From Octopus bimaculoides (taxonomy: Eukaryota), in assembly GCF_001194135.2 (NCBI RefSeq), contig NC_068984.1:7630680-7681085 (forward strand): a stretch of 50,406 bases of DNA, read 5' to 3'. The translations under genes and the position numbers were made by a program. This document shows, one piece after another, positions 12,623 to 25,647 of the stretch. The notes under the pieces are model-generated. The model was not told where the DNA came from. It saw only the letters and a program-made list of their open reading frames with translations, and ran no database searches. Every line of letters begins with the position of its first letter. Position 1 is the stretch's first letter.

Positions 12623-13933
12623 TTGGGTTGGCGACTAAGTTACCACTGTTTTTTTTCAAATTTTGGAATTTATTGTGTTTTTAAATTTTGGAATCAATTT
12701 TTTCGTCGAGAATTCTATTTTTGAATCATTTCGGAATCTATTTTGTTTTGTTTGTTTTATTTATTTATTATTTTTTTTCCAGTTAATTTGAGTTAATTTC
12801 TGTTTATTTTCGGATCATTAAAATGGAATGTCAAGTTTAGAAAAACGAGCATTTTCGACACCTTTTTGCTTTTAATCAAGGTTCTAAGGCCGCAAAAGCT
12901 GCTCGCGACATTTGTGCTGTATATGGAGAGGGTGCCATAGCTGATAGAACCGCTCGTGATTGGTATGCAAAGTTTAAAAGTGGACATTTTGACCTCACGG
13001 ACGCACCTCATTCTGGCCGTCTAGTTGGGTTCGGTGAAGAGCGATTAAACCAGCATGAGCACGAACATTCTCGTCAAACGACAAGGGAACTGGCAGAGTA
13101 AATGGAATGCTCCCACCCTGCTATAGAGAAGCATCTTCACTCGATGGGAAAGGTTCAGAAGTATGGAGCATAGGTTCCGCATGCTTTAAGTGACAACAAT
13201 AAAAATCAACGAGCCACAATCTCCGCTTGTTTGCTTGCTCGTCACCGCTCAACTCATGGATACAAGCAACGATTTCTTTACCGAATAGTTATTGGCGACG
13301 AAAAATGGTGCCTGTACATCAATATGAAGCAGCGTAAGGAATGGCTTAGCCCCGGTAAACAAGCGACACCGCGCGTGAAACAAGATCTTCATCCGCGTTA
13401 AGCGATGTTGTGCGTATGGTGGGACTGGGAAGGGATTATTCATTACGAATTGCTTGAACGGAACCAAACAGTCAATGCGAAACTCTATGTTCAACAGACG
13501 GAACGACTCAACACGGCTATTCAAGATAAAAGACCTAATAGGCAGCATGGAGTTCTTCTGCTGCACAACATTGCTCGCCCTCATATTGCCAATATGACCA
13601 AGGAAGCCATTCAAACGCATGGATGGGAAGTGCTGTCACACCCGCCGTACTCTCCTAATTTGGCACTAACGAATTTCCACCTCTTTCGATCTCTTTTAAA
13701 TGCTATGCGCGGAGTTTCGTTCAGTACTGATGCAGAATTGAGAGCTTGGTTGGATCAAATTTTCGAGTCGAAATAGTGTGATTTATACCAACGAGGTACT
13801 GAAAATCTTGCTGAATTTTGGGAAGAAGTTGTAACTAACAAGGGTGAATACATTATTGATTAATTAGTTGTTATTTTTATTAAACCTTTTAACAAATTTT
13901 AATTTTAAAAAAATTACTTAGTTGCCAACCCAA
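12623..13933 (+). mobile_element. Full-length mariner DNA transposon (cecropia/Hsmar1-like), inactive
   Basis: Left TIR TTGGGTTGGCGACTAAGT at 12623. Right TIR ACTTAGTTGCCAACCCAA ends at 13933 (17/18 match). TA dinucleotide flanks both ends (12621-22, 13934-35). Length ~1.3 kb. Confidence 0.95.
12823..13863 (+). pseudogene. Mariner transposase pseudogene (347 codons in one frame, 5 in-frame stops)
   Basis: MECQV*KNEHFRH...; GA*VPHAL (WVPHEL motif); RIVIGDEKW (first catalytic D); MLCVWWD; LHNIARPH (from HDNARPH); HPPYSPNLALTNFHLF (from YSPDLAPSD). Confidence 0.95.
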
Positions 13934-13964
13934 TACACAGTTGAAATTTCTAGAAAAACAAAGG

Positions 13965-14095
13965 AGGTAGACAGATGTATGAACAACCAGCACGTTTATT
14001 AGTTTGACGCTCGGGAAGAATGAAGACGTCTTTTACTGTTTCGAGCCTACACTCTTCGACAGAAAGAAATAAGAGAAAATAAACTGAGAGAGAAT
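13965..14095 (-). mobile_element. PLE-terminus-like repeat with hammerhead-like motif (family 3)
   Basis: Reverse complement of 14030-14066 is CUUU CUGUCGA A GAGU GUAG GCUC GAAA CAGU A AAAG. Flanks match 37545-37665 and 45020-45135. Confidence 0.7.
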
Positions 14096-14159
14096 TTTAA
14101 AAACTTGTAGATTTCAGAGGTCCCGTATTTGCTACCGTGAGTAATTTCCCACTAATTTA

Positions 14160-14585
14160 CTATGTTCGCTGGTTTAGGCACAAGACTAACAATTTTAAAG
14201 GGATTAGTGAGTCATTAGATGTCATTGATATCACTACTTGGTTATTCTGATCTCCAGGTACATGTGGACGTTGTGTTAGAACACAAAATACTGCGTTGTT
14301 TACAATGAGCGAATCTCTAATACGCACTCGTGGAGCATAAAAGCACTCGGCATTATATCATCGACAGACGAAAAGATATATATATCCTTAAATCCTTATT
14401 ATCTTTAAATTGTTTTAGCTTCAAAGCTGCGCTCATGCTGGGGCACCACCGTTGGCTGTGCTATACCATTATTTGAAACCTCGTCTTATGTGTGTAAGTG
14501 TGAGTGTGTGTGTGTGAATACATATATATACATACATATACATATAAACACACACACATAGACACCCCCACACCTACACACCCAC

Positions 14586-14624
<39 letters not shown>

Positions 14625-15572
14625 TAAATACTCAGGGAGTTGAGGGACGCCGAGACTGAACAAGTAGTTTCAGGTTGAAAAGTAAAAAGTGGTAATGAGC
14701 AAGGTAGAAAAGTTTTAAAATAGACAGAAAAATAATGGAATGACGGAATAAACGAATAAACGAATGCAGGTAAAAGACTGTAATGTTTTCTCTGCATGCC
14801 TGCTAATGCTACAATCAATAGAGACATTTACATAATTAAGCTATATCTGCTTAACTGTGCAGCAATTACTGGAAGCTAAATATTGCTGAAGTTGGCCACA
14901 GTGTCATTTTGCATTGGCAAATCTTCCAGTTCACGAAGAACAATAAATTTTAATCTAAAAGGAGGCGAAACGAAATCTCTTCATTCTGCTTCAGATGTTT
15001 TGTAGTCTTAAAGTGAATATTGAAGATGTTTGCTCCTGTTATTAATTATCTACTAATTCATTATGGTCTCTGGTTTAACACAGCACCAACGATTCTGAAA
15101 GCAGGGGAGAGTTAGTAGATGTCATAAATATCACTACTTGGTTATTCTGGTCTGCAGGTTTACGTGAACGTGGTTCCCAAATAATTTTGGGGTTGCCGCC
15201 GCCTTGACACCTGGGCCACATTCCTAGCGACTCCATTCCAATTAACCATCACGAATATAGATTTCTTTCTGAAGCAACTTCAAAGGAACTGTATTTCACA
15301 AATAAAACTTAACCTAACGAAGCCATTATTTTGTTGTTTTTACATGAATCGCAACCCTATTATCGCTCCCTTCTTGCCTGAATCGCTACACCATTAACAC
15401 CCCACTTTTCCTGAACGTCCCTTTGGAACTCTCCTCTCCACCGCCACTCGGGGAACAATACCACTGTGTTAGAACACAAAATATTGCGTTGTTTAGATTG
15501 AGCGAATATCTCATACGTACTTGTGGAGCATAAAAGCACTCGGCATTATATTGTTGAGAGACGAGAATCGTC
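14160..15572. repeat. Local direct duplication (14160-14375 vs 15065-15572); second copy has a ~297-bp extra segment (15169-15465)
   Basis: Shared blocks ATATCACTACTTGGTTATTCTG, TGTGTTAGAACACAAAATA and GTGGAGCATAAAAGCACTCGGCATTATAT. Confidence 0.85.
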
Positions 15573-16026
15573 TGTTGCGGCCTCCGGTTTGCCAGATCAC
15601 GTTATTTCACCCTGCTATGAGATCCTCAGTAAAAGATTTCAGCAGCGCGATAACAACCGACTCTCCTGTCAACGATATAGAAAATCTCAGTTTCTATTCG
15701 GGCACTGGTGTGACAGACAGCCAGTGGACTTAATAAAAAAAATTATTAATTGCGATAGAAACAGTATTAATAACAAAAAGCATTCTTGATCTTCAACTTA
15801 AAGTGGAGTTTGCGTCGGAACAGAGAGCTCTGCGTTATTTACCTTCAGAAGATCTCTCATAATGTCTCGTGGTGCATATAAGCACATGTAACTATATCGG
15901 TACACTGAAAGAATGGCAAGCAAAGTGGACCAGGAATGGTTTCGAACTCACTATAAATACGAAAACAAATGTATGGCCAATTATTTTAGACAACGCTCGA
16001 ACGATTCTTCCTGTCATCCGCCCTGG

Positions 16027-16069
<43 letters not shown>

Positions 16070-16080
16070 AACGACGACGA
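16027..16080. repeat. (GAT)n microsatellite
   Basis: Direct reading; produces the poly-D ORF 15869-16192. Confidence 0.95.
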
Positions 16081-16399
16081 AGGTGACTATAACGATAATG
16101 TTGGTGATGATGATGGTGAAGAGAGAAAGAACAGCAGGGAAAATATAAATGAGAAGGATGATAACTACAATAATAATAGCTTCAAATTCTGACACAAGGT
16201 CAGTAAGTACAGGATGAGGTGGAAGTCAATAACATTGAATTCAGTCCTTGATTGGTACTTTATTTTATCGATCCAGAAAATGTGAAGGTGAACTAAACGT
16301 CGGTGGGGTTGGGAATTATGAGTGTAAACAACACCAGTAAGCGTTTTTTCCCCACGCGCTGTTGAATCTGTCACTCGCCGCCTTAATTGTAATAACCAT

Positions 16400-16612
16400 C
16401 CTTTCTATTAAAGGCACAAGGTCTGACATATTGACGGATGGTCCTAGTCGATTACATCGACCCACGTGTTTCCTTGATACTTAATTTATCGACCCCGAAA
16501 GGATGAATGACAGAGTCGACCTCTATGGCGTTTGAACTCAGAATATAAAGGCAGACGAAATACCGTTATGCATTTTGGCCGGCATGCTAACGATTCTCCC
16601 AACGCGTCACCA
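16400..16612 (-). mobile_element. SINE-B
   Basis: GGCACAAGG...AGTCGATTACATCGACCC...TTTATCGACCCCGAAAGGATGAA...TTTGAACTCAGAA...GCTAACGATTCT. Confidence 0.85.
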
Positions 16613-16616
16613 CTTT

Positions 16617-16626
16617 GATGATGATG

Positions 16627-16667
<41 letters not shown>

Positions 16668-16680
16668 TAATAATAATGAT

Positions 16681-16732
<52 letters not shown>
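16617..16732. repeat. (GAT)n/(TAA)n microsatellite
   Basis: Direct reading. Confidence 0.95.
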
Positions 16733-16733
<1 letters not shown>

Positions 16734-17069
16734 TAGAATCATTTGGGTCGCTATAAACGTCGGTTGATTGCTCGGAAAAATATGCTAAAATAATCAAAAA
16801 CAAAATTTTTTGAATGCAGAAATCGTTACTGGCTATTTCTGTGTATGTAATGTTTGTAACAATTTATTGATTATTGTCTCGCGCAATTAATGCATCACAG
16901 ATGTTTCATAGGGTCAATGACCGGATGCCATGCGTAAACAAACTGCTATCGTTTAGTACGGATATCGTTTTGTTTTTTTCTTTCTCCACACAACATGTGA
17001 CGCAAGCACTTAAAATTTTGACATTCAGTCTAAGGTTAAATGAAAAATGCATTACTTTCGGTATGTTTT

Positions 17070-17161
17070 TTTCTTTTAATTGTTTTTGTCATTATACTGT
17101 GTCCATGATGGGGCACCGCCTTACAGAATTGACACAAGTAATTATTTTTTTACGCCAGGTA

Positions 17162-17206
<45 letters not shown>

Positions 17207-17355
17207 GACGAGCTTCATTCAGTTTCTGTCTACCAAATCCAACTTTCGGTAAGCTATGTTAGAGGACACTTGAACAAGATGCCACGCAGTAGGACCGAAC
17301 CTGGGACCATGTGATTGAGATGCAAATTTTGTTCCACACAATCACACCTGTGCCT
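17070..17355 (-). mobile_element. SINE-A, internally deleted
   Basis: Tail CCATGATGGGGCACCGCC, (TA)n, TCAGTTTCTGTCTACCAAATCC...GCCACGCAGTAGGACCGAACC. Confidence 0.75.
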
Positions 17356-17724
17356 ACTCGAGTCTCGTTTACAAAAATAAGGAAAATAGAGCGTTTAAAA
17401 TGAAAAAATAAGAATACATAATATATTTGATGGTATATACGGCACAAGTCAAAATGTCGCTGATGTAGATGGTTAGCCAGATGCCGGGTTTGCCAGATGC
17501 CACACTTTGGTGCGCAGAATATGCTACAAGACATGGCAGTACCATATAATACGGTGCTTTCATCGCTTCGCGTACGTTTGAGGTTTTCTGGTATGATAAT
17601 GTATTCGCATCCGTATCGTTTGTTGGCATCGATGAAATAAATTTGAGTTGAGCATTGGGATCGATCTAATGGACTTCACCCCACTCCAAAAATGCCTGGC
17701 CTCATGCCAGTAGAAAGTAACCTT

Positions 17725-18055
17725 GTTATATCCAACCAACGACTCTACTCAGAACCTGGGATGTGTCCTGTTACGTGCATTAATCAGGAACGCCAGCTCA
17801 GACTGTTTGTTGCCCGATTGCCCGAGTTACACTCTGCGTTCTCATGTTCTCTTCACTGAAGGTCCCGTTGAGTTGACGGCTCGAGTTGATCGATGACATG
17901 TCACATGGTCACGACAGATAAAGAAGCATCTCGTGGAGATGGTGACTGATTGTGACTCGGCTCGACGGGTCGCTCAGGATGACCCCGGGAATAGACCGAC
18001 AAACAGTATATGCAGAAACTCTCTGCAATAGTGCATGCCCCCCACATCACACCTG
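17725..18055 (+). pseudogene. 3' end of an RTE-clade LINE ORF2
   Basis: Translated pieces SNQRL..., CPVTCINQERQLRLF(GH)VARLPE, VTWSRQI..HL.EM, RRVAQDDPG and TLCNSACPH match the RTE C-terminal pattern RQLR..GHVAR...RGRP...W.RQ. Confidence 0.7.
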
Positions 18056-18432
18056 GCCTCATTATTACCAACATAAATAACGCGACGTTCCGAATGTCTT
18101 ACTAATTTGGCTCGAGCTATTTAGCTCCAAACGTTAGAACAAATTGCCTTGCCATTATGTCTCGGAACATTCTTGAGATGTTTTCAACTCAACTACTTTC
18201 AATTTATACTAACTTCATTGCTTGTCTTTCTCAAATTGTTATTGTACTTTTTAATTACCGCATCTAGTAGAGAATTCCATTTTAACCTGTTTAGGCAATT
18301 TCCACTGTTTTGATTCCTTATCACGGATAGATTGGTTAATAACTGTATTTTTATATTAAATTTATCCGGACGGCATAAAATCAACAGGAATATAACGGAA
18401 TGGGTTAACAGTTTTAGGCTATTTTGAATCTC

Positions 18433-18545
18433 TCTCCCTCTCCCACTCCCCTATCCCACTCCCCTCTCCCACTCCCCTCTCCCGCTCCCTCTCCCACTCC
18501 CCTCTCCCCCTCTCTCTCTCTCCCACTCACCTCTCCACCTCACTC
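18433..18545. repeat. C-rich (CTCCCACTCCC-like) minisatellite
   Basis: Direct reading; the minus strand has many GGG tracts. Confidence 0.9.
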
Positions 18546-18852
18546 TCTCATCTTAGCTATGAATTCACATTTCCATTAAGTTGACTTTGTTTCTCATCTC
18601 CCAAGGTTTGAGATTAAGAACTTAATCAATAAGTTACTGGGCAAATTCAGCTTGATACCCTTTCTATTAAGAAACTCTGTTTTGCGACTTATCTCGTGGA
18701 ATCAACATTATTCTTCAGTAATTACTTTCATCCGATTAATAATGCAGGTGACAGATATAACGTATTGTGATTTCGCTTTACACATACATACACACGTATA
18801 TAGTTATATGTATATACAAATGCATATAAGTCTATATAAGTATGTACGTATG

Positions 18853-18903
<51 letters not shown>

Positions 18904-20599
18904 NNNNNNNNNNNNNNNNNNNNNNNNNNNNNNNNNNNNNNNNNNNNNNNNNNNNNNNNNNNNNNNNNNNNNNNNNNNNNNNNNNNNNNNNNNNNNNNNN
19001 NNNNNNNNNNNNNATAATATATATATATATATATATACATATATACATACATACATACATACATACATGTATACACATATATATACATATAGAGATGGAT
19101 ATATACATATAGAGATGGATATATACATACAAATATAAGTGTGTGTCCTAGCGTGTGTGTGTGCGCACGTGTGTGTGTGAGTGTGTGTGAGTGTGTGTGT
19201 GTGCGTGTGTGTGTGTGCGCGCGCGCGTGTGTGCGTGTGCGCGCGTGTGTGCAATGTAAAGGTATAGAGATTTGTAATCTGGGCAGGTACTCTATTGGTA
19301 CTCTCACATAATCCATTCGCCAAGATTTTAACAACCAAGGGATATAACAAATACATTTTCCTATGTTTTGTTATAAATCAAATAGAGTATACTTATTTCT
19401 TAGTGAATCTCATATCTTATTAGTCTGTTATTACGTAACATCGTTCACGATTTTATTATACATACCTTATTTGTATTTCCTCCAAAGTTCTATATACTTT
19501 GGGAACACATTAAACCTCTTTTCGCTGTTAATTTATTTGAATGTTTACGATCGGATAACTAATTTCATGTTATTACATAACTGACTTCACAATTTGGGTA
19601 TTCATAACTTATTGGGAATTCCTAAAAACAAAATCGTGTGTAAGACAGTTCGCTATTCTCTGTAAATGCACAAAAACCGTTTTAAGAGCTACATTCTTTG
19701 TATCGTTGTTATTGGATTAGCGAAACAATTATGAGAACGGAACCAGGGGATAAGCCCCGCTTTCCCGAGAATTACCGGGTACGTCAGCTAGTACATACAT
19801 ACATATATTATCCATACATATATATATACATATATACATATATATATCTGTATATATATATACATATATACATATATATATCTGTATATATATATACATA
19901 TATATGTATACATACACATATATNNNNNNNNNNNNNNNNNNNNNNNNNNNNNNNNNNNNNNNNNNNNNNNNNNNNNNNNNNNNNNNNNNNNNNNNNNNNN
20001 NNNNNNNNNNNNNNNNNNNNNNNNNNNNNNNNNNNNNNNNNNNNNNNNNNNNNNNNNNNNNNNNNNNNNNNNNNNNNNNNNNNNNNNNNNNNNNNNNNNN
20101 NNNNNNNNNNNNNNNNNNNNNNNNNNNNNNNNNNNNNNNNNNNNNNNNNNNNNNNNNNNNNNNNNNNNNNNNNNNNNNNNNNNNNNNNNNNNNNNNNNNN
20201 NNNNNNNNNNNNNNNNNNNNNNNNNNNNNNNNNNNNNNNNNNNNNNNNNNNNNNNNNNNNNNNNNNNNNNNNNNNNNNNNNNNNNNNNNNNNNNNNNNNN
20301 NNNNNNNNNNNNNNNNNNNNNNNNNNNNNNNNNNNNNNNNNNNNNNNNNNNNNNNNNNNNNNNNNNNNNNNNNNNNNNNNNNNNNNNNNNNNNNNNNNNN
20401 NNNNNNNNNNNNNNNNNNNNNNNNNNNNNNNNNNNNNNNNNNNNNNNNNNNNNNNNNNNNNNNNNTATATATATATATGTATATATGCACACAGAGGCGG
20501 GAAGAAAGAGAGAGAGTAGATATATATGCATGTATGTATTTATGTGTGTATGTATGTGTATAATTAGAAATGTATGTATGTATGTATGTATGTGTGTAT

Positions 20600-20675
20600 G
20601 TATGTGGTTGTGTGGTAAGAAGCTTACTTCCCAACCACAAGGTTCAGGGTTGGGCGACTTTCTTCTATAGCCTCG

Positions 20676-20714
<39 letters not shown>

Positions 20715-20842
20715 ATGTGTCCCCCTTCACTGCTTAGCAACCGATGTTGCTGTGTTTATGCCCTCTTAATCTAGCGGCTCGGCAAAAGAGGCCGATACAA
20801 TAAGTCCTGCGGTCTATTTGTTAGTCAAATGACTGAAAGAAA
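20600..20842 (+). mobile_element. SINE-A, internally deleted
   Basis: TGGTTGTGTGGTAAGAAGCTTACTTCCCAACCAC...(GT)n...GCAACCGATGTTG...GGCAAAAGAGGCCGATA...GTCAAATGACTGAAA. Confidence 0.75.
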
Positions 20843-22008
20843 TACATGATAAAACACTAAAGGATGTATGTATGCTCAAGAGTGTAGTTTACCCATCCTG
20901 CATCAAATGTGTAAAGCCATTCCTTGTGGGTTTTGAGTGAAATACAGAAATACATCACATTTTTGGCAGGAATCTCTTGATCCAAATATTCTTGTGGTGT
21001 TTTTGAAAAAGGTTTGGCTATTATTATTGATTTTATATCGGTATTAGTGATATGTTCCTGGCATGATTGATTGAAACGATCTGTAATTAGACGATCATAA
21101 ATCTTATTCGATTTCGATCCGAGAAACTCCCTTAGCGTAATTTAATTGCCAGAGAAAGACCTCTCACCACCGAACATAATCCCATTTCCTACAGAAGGCA
21201 GAAGAAATCACTTTGAAAAGTAACAGCTAAAAAGAAATCAATGCAAAGTTCTTTGTGAATATCTTAAGAAGAATTTAGCGTAAGGGTACGATTACTGAGG
21301 TAGGTCAAAGAAAATAATTTTAACATAAAACGACAGTAAAAACTTATCTAAAATAAATTTTTGGATTCATTATTTTGTAAAATGTTCTCTTTCATCCGTC
21401 TCAATTACTTCGCCAATTTAAATTACTAACAAGTCACATATAGCTTTGATTTCTGATAATGATAATGATATCTCGTCTTGCTCGGGAGATACACGTAATG
21501 AGTCTAGTTAGGGAAATGTATAGTAACGCTAGTTAACTCACAGCAGCTCAAGATAAAAAAAAAAAAAAAATGACAGTGATTGTAATTAGCACAAATTTGC
21601 TTAACGAAATATTGAATGACTTTGACACGAGTTACTGCAGCTACTCACTGAAAAACAAAGTGATTCTAGTTCGTATACGACAGTTTAAAGAAACATGGAG
21701 TGACTTTAATTAGAACAAGGCACCTCTATAAGGAAATGTAGAGCGACTCCTGTTAACACAGTTAACGAATTTATCTGACAGACTAACATAGAGTGATTCT
21801 AATTAGCTGCTCATTCAATCCAACCACCTTTCTTGAAAAAGGAAAAGAACGCTGTAGGTGGTTTCTATACCCGTAAGCCTGCTCACAGCAGAACAGCGCA
21901 ATTCGATGAAGTGAAAGAGAAAAAAAACAGAGAGAGTGGTGAGGGGTGCATGTCAGTGTCAGTAATAAAATTGCTAGAGTATGGTATATGTTGACATCAC
22001 ACAACAGC

Positions 22009-22298
22009 TGACACTCCGTCGGTTGTGACGATGAAGCTCCCAGTTTAACGTGCAAATGGCTGAGCAACCCACAGACACAAGTTCTCATATCTATAGTTCT
22101 CAAAGCAATTCAGCGCGACACAGAATCTGACAAGGCTGACCTTTTGAAATACAGGCACTACTCATTTTGTTTCCAGATGTGTGAACTGGGGCAAAGTGAA
22201 ATAAAGTGTCTTGGTCAAGGACACAACAAGCCGTCAAGTATCGATCTTTCACACTTACGATCGGGAGCCGAATAACCTAACCACATACCCACGCGCCA
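22009..22298 (-). mobile_element. tRNA-derived SINE with CORE-like central block
   Basis: Minus strand: GATGGCGCGTGGGTATGTGGTTAGG head; GTTGTGTCCTTGACCAAGACACTTTATTTCAC core; CCTGTATTTCAAAAGGTCAGCCTTGTCA...ACCGACGGAGTGTCA tail shared with 40657-41000. Confidence 0.7.
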
Positions 22299-22303
22299 TC
22301 ACA

Positions 22304-22722
22304 AATATTCTTTTCTACTCTATGCACAAGGCCCGAAATTTTAGGGAAGCGGGCAGTCGATTAGATCGACCCCAGTACGCAAGTGGTACTTAATTTAAAT
22401 GCAAATTTGACCTCGGCGGATTTTGAACTCAGAACGTAAAGACAGACGAAATACCGCTAAGCATTTCGCCCAGCATGCTAACGTTTCTTATTTCTTTATT
22501 GCCCACAAGGGGCTAAACATAAAGGGGGACAAACATGGACAGACAAAAGGATTAAGTCGATTACATTGACCCCAATGCGTAACTGGTACTTAATTTATCG
22601 ACCCCGAAAGGATGAAAGGCAAAGTCGACCTCGGCGGAATTTGAACTCAGAACGTAGCGGCAGACGAAATATCGCTAAGCATTTCGCCCGGCGTGCTAAC
22701 GTTTCTGCCAGCTCGCTGCCTT
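22304..22722 (-). mobile_element. SINE-B dimer
   Basis: Two bodies joined at GCTAACGTTTCT|TATTTCTTTATTGCCCACAAGGGG (22488/22489). Confidence 0.9.
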
Positions 22723-22859
22723 GCGCCTTCACATATATTGATATACTGAAAGGATAGAAGATCACCTAGACAACTTTGGGGAGATTCCTTAACAGAATAA
22801 ATCCTGCAAGACTTTCTGGCCGAGGTTCCAACAACTCTGCCAAGTGGCCGTCTTCAAGT

Positions 22860-23105
22860 CTTATTCAATCGAAACACACCAACACACCAACACTGGCAGC
22901 GAAGCGGCGGAAATGGACAAATAGACGTACAAGAATGAACATAGTTTTATACGCGCGCGCACTCATACACATGTGCAACGATACAACAGTTTCCATCTAC
23001 CAAATTCACTCACAAGGCTTTTGTCGACCCGAAGCTATAGAAGAAGTCACTTGCACAACGTGACACGCAGTGGGACTGAACCCAGAATCATGTGATTGGG
23101 AAACA
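22860..23105 (-). mobile_element. SINE-A partial
   Basis: AAACACACCAACAC...CAGTTTCCATCTACCAAATTCACTCACAAGGCTTT...GCAGTGGGACTGAACCC. Confidence 0.7.
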
Positions 23106-23889
23106 AACTAATTATTTAAATTAATATTCTTGATCTTTTATTGAGATTTCCATGATAAATTACATAGAGCAAAAAAATCAGTTTCACTTATATTCTGTTT
23201 TAAATAATTGCATTTGAGGAAAGTTGAATAGATACCGAAACTGATTTTGAAATAAATAAAAATTATTTTAAATAGAAAGAGCGGTTTGCTTGATTTAAGT
23301 ATAAATCAAATCAGATAAAGAAAGGAAGTCTTACGTCATCTGCCATAGTTTCGTATAATAGTAGCAATCATTATTAAGTAGTCGGACTAGTTTGAAATTA
23401 TTGTCCAAGAGTATAGAATTACGGCATTCTTCTAAGCTACAATACATTGTAATTTATTCCGTTGCCATATTCTCAATGTGTGAATGCCAAATCAAGTAAT
23501 ACGGTATTTGCTTTTTATTTCAGTGAAAGAATTTTTTTTTATATTGAAGATATTACAAACGTATATCTTTGTATACGATCAAAGAACGATTGGAATAAAT
23601 GGCAGTACTGGCAGCAGAAGAGGTTTTCTGTAGAATAAATGATAACAGGATTAGATAACAAGGACATCGATCAGTTCGATTTTATGCATATATGCCATAT
23701 ATTGGACTAATAATTTGATCTGGATTGATGTCAAATCAGATTTTTCTTTTGTTATTAAAAACTATTACAAATGATATATATTTGGGAAAGAACATCATTG
23801 GTGCTCTCTGATTTTGGATATTGGAAATCGCAAGTAATCGAAGATGCATATGTATCTATGTTCGTATATGCATAATGTTAATGTTGGTT

Positions 23890-23931
<42 letters not shown>

Positions 23932-25647
23932 TGTGTGTGTGTGTGTATGCACTCCGACACACACTCATAGTGTTGACATAATATTTCCAAAAATAAAGTG
24001 TGTATATATATATATGCCTATATACCTACAACATATGTGTTTGTGTGTACACCCATGTCTGTATGTGGGCATGTATGCATTCAGAAAAACACGCATCTAC
24101 ACACACACACACGCGCGCGCGCTCACACATATATCATGAAATTATTAAATTCAAGGAACTTAAAATATATCAAGGCATAGATATTCCTATAATATATTTC
24201 TATTCTTTGAAAACCATTTTTATATTGAGTTTGCCTTAACTTATACTGAATTCATGCTTTTTACATAATATATTATATACATATATNNNNNNNNNNNNNN
24301 NNNNNNNNNNNNNNNNNNNNNNNNNNNNNNNNNNNNNNNNNNNNNNNNNNNNNNNNNNNNNNNNNNNNNNNNNNNNNNNNNNNNNNNNNNNNNNNNNNNN
24401 NNNNNNNNNNNNNNNNNNNNNNNNNNNNNNNNNNNNNNNNNNNNNNNNNNNNNNNNNNNNNNNNNNNNNNNNNNNNNNNNNNNNNNNNNNNNNNNNNNNN
24501 NNNNNNNNNNNNNNNNNNNNNNNNNNNNNNNNNNNNNNNNNNNNNNNNNNNNNNNNNNNNNNNNNNNNNNNNNNNNNNNNNNNNNNNNNNNNNNNNNNNN
24601 NNNNNNNNNNNNNNNNNNNNNNNNNNNNNNNNNNNNNNNNNNNNNNNNNNNNNNNNNNNNNNNNNNNNNNNNNNNNNNNNNNNNNNNNNNNNNNNNNNNN
24701 NNNNNNNNNNNNNNNNNNNNNNNNNNNNNNNNNNNNNNNNNNNNNNNNNNNNNNNNNNNNNNNNNNNNNNNNNNNNNNNNNNNNNNNNNNNNNNNNNNNN
24801 NNNNNNNNNNNNNNNNNNNNNNNNNNNNNNNNNNNNNNNNNNNNNNNNNNNNNNNNNNNNNNNNNNNNNNNNNNNNNNNNNNNNNNNNNNNNNNNNNNNN
24901 NNNNNNNNNNNNNNNNNNNNNNNNNNNNNNNNNNNNNNNNNNNNNNNNNNNNNNNNNNNNNNNNNNNNNNNNNNNNNNNNNNNNNNNNNNNNNNNNNNNN
25001 NNNNNNNNNNNNNNNNNNNNNNNNTATATATATATATATATATATGCAAGTGGAGGGTGTATGCGCATGTGTGTATCTATATCTATGCTTAATATGTGTA
25101 TGTAAGCGTACGTGTGGTCGTGTTTTTAGAAACAGCTCTTCTTTTTTAGAAATGCATGAAAACTAACTCTGTGATTTAATGATATTTCGTCAAGTTTTTG
25201 TAATACTTTGATACTTTCGTAAGAATTCACTGCTTTGCATTTGAAACGGTAAAATTCTTAAATCCAGCATCAATGTATGCCGATCTTCGTAGTCTCATCG
25301 AAAGCTCGAAGTGTTTCTGACGTGTGGCTACTGTCCCTTCATTAATGTTGTAGTCCTTTGCGGCTGAACCTGAATATTTAACCTTTAGACTCATACATCT
25401 AGAACAGATATTTAGTCCTGTTTGTGGTTAATATGGTTGTGAGTGTTTATTGCCTCGCTGCAGTGTGTTACGGCTGTTTCTTCCATCACTAATCGTTTAT
25501 TTTCGTGAAGAAGTTTCCAGAGTTTAAATGCGTAATTCATAAACATTTTGCTGTTTAGTATTATTTTGTACTGTGTATAGCGAATTCTTCATATTGTAAG
25601 TATATAAAGAGTTAGGTTGAGAATATCATATTTTGTTCAATGTAACA

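Noticed and set aside
15869-16192. 107-aa ORF with poly-Asp tract
   Set aside because: The acidic run is a (GAT)n microsatellite, and the rest has no recognisable domain or clear splice context.
21181-21306. Candidate exon with polypyrimidine-CAG acceptor and GTAGGT donor
   Set aside because: Stop codons in all three frames and no homology.
25200-25400. Minus-strand peptide GSAAKDYNINEGTV, reminiscent of a mariner N-terminal HTH
   Set aside because: Too short and degenerate; no TIR or catalytic motifs nearby.
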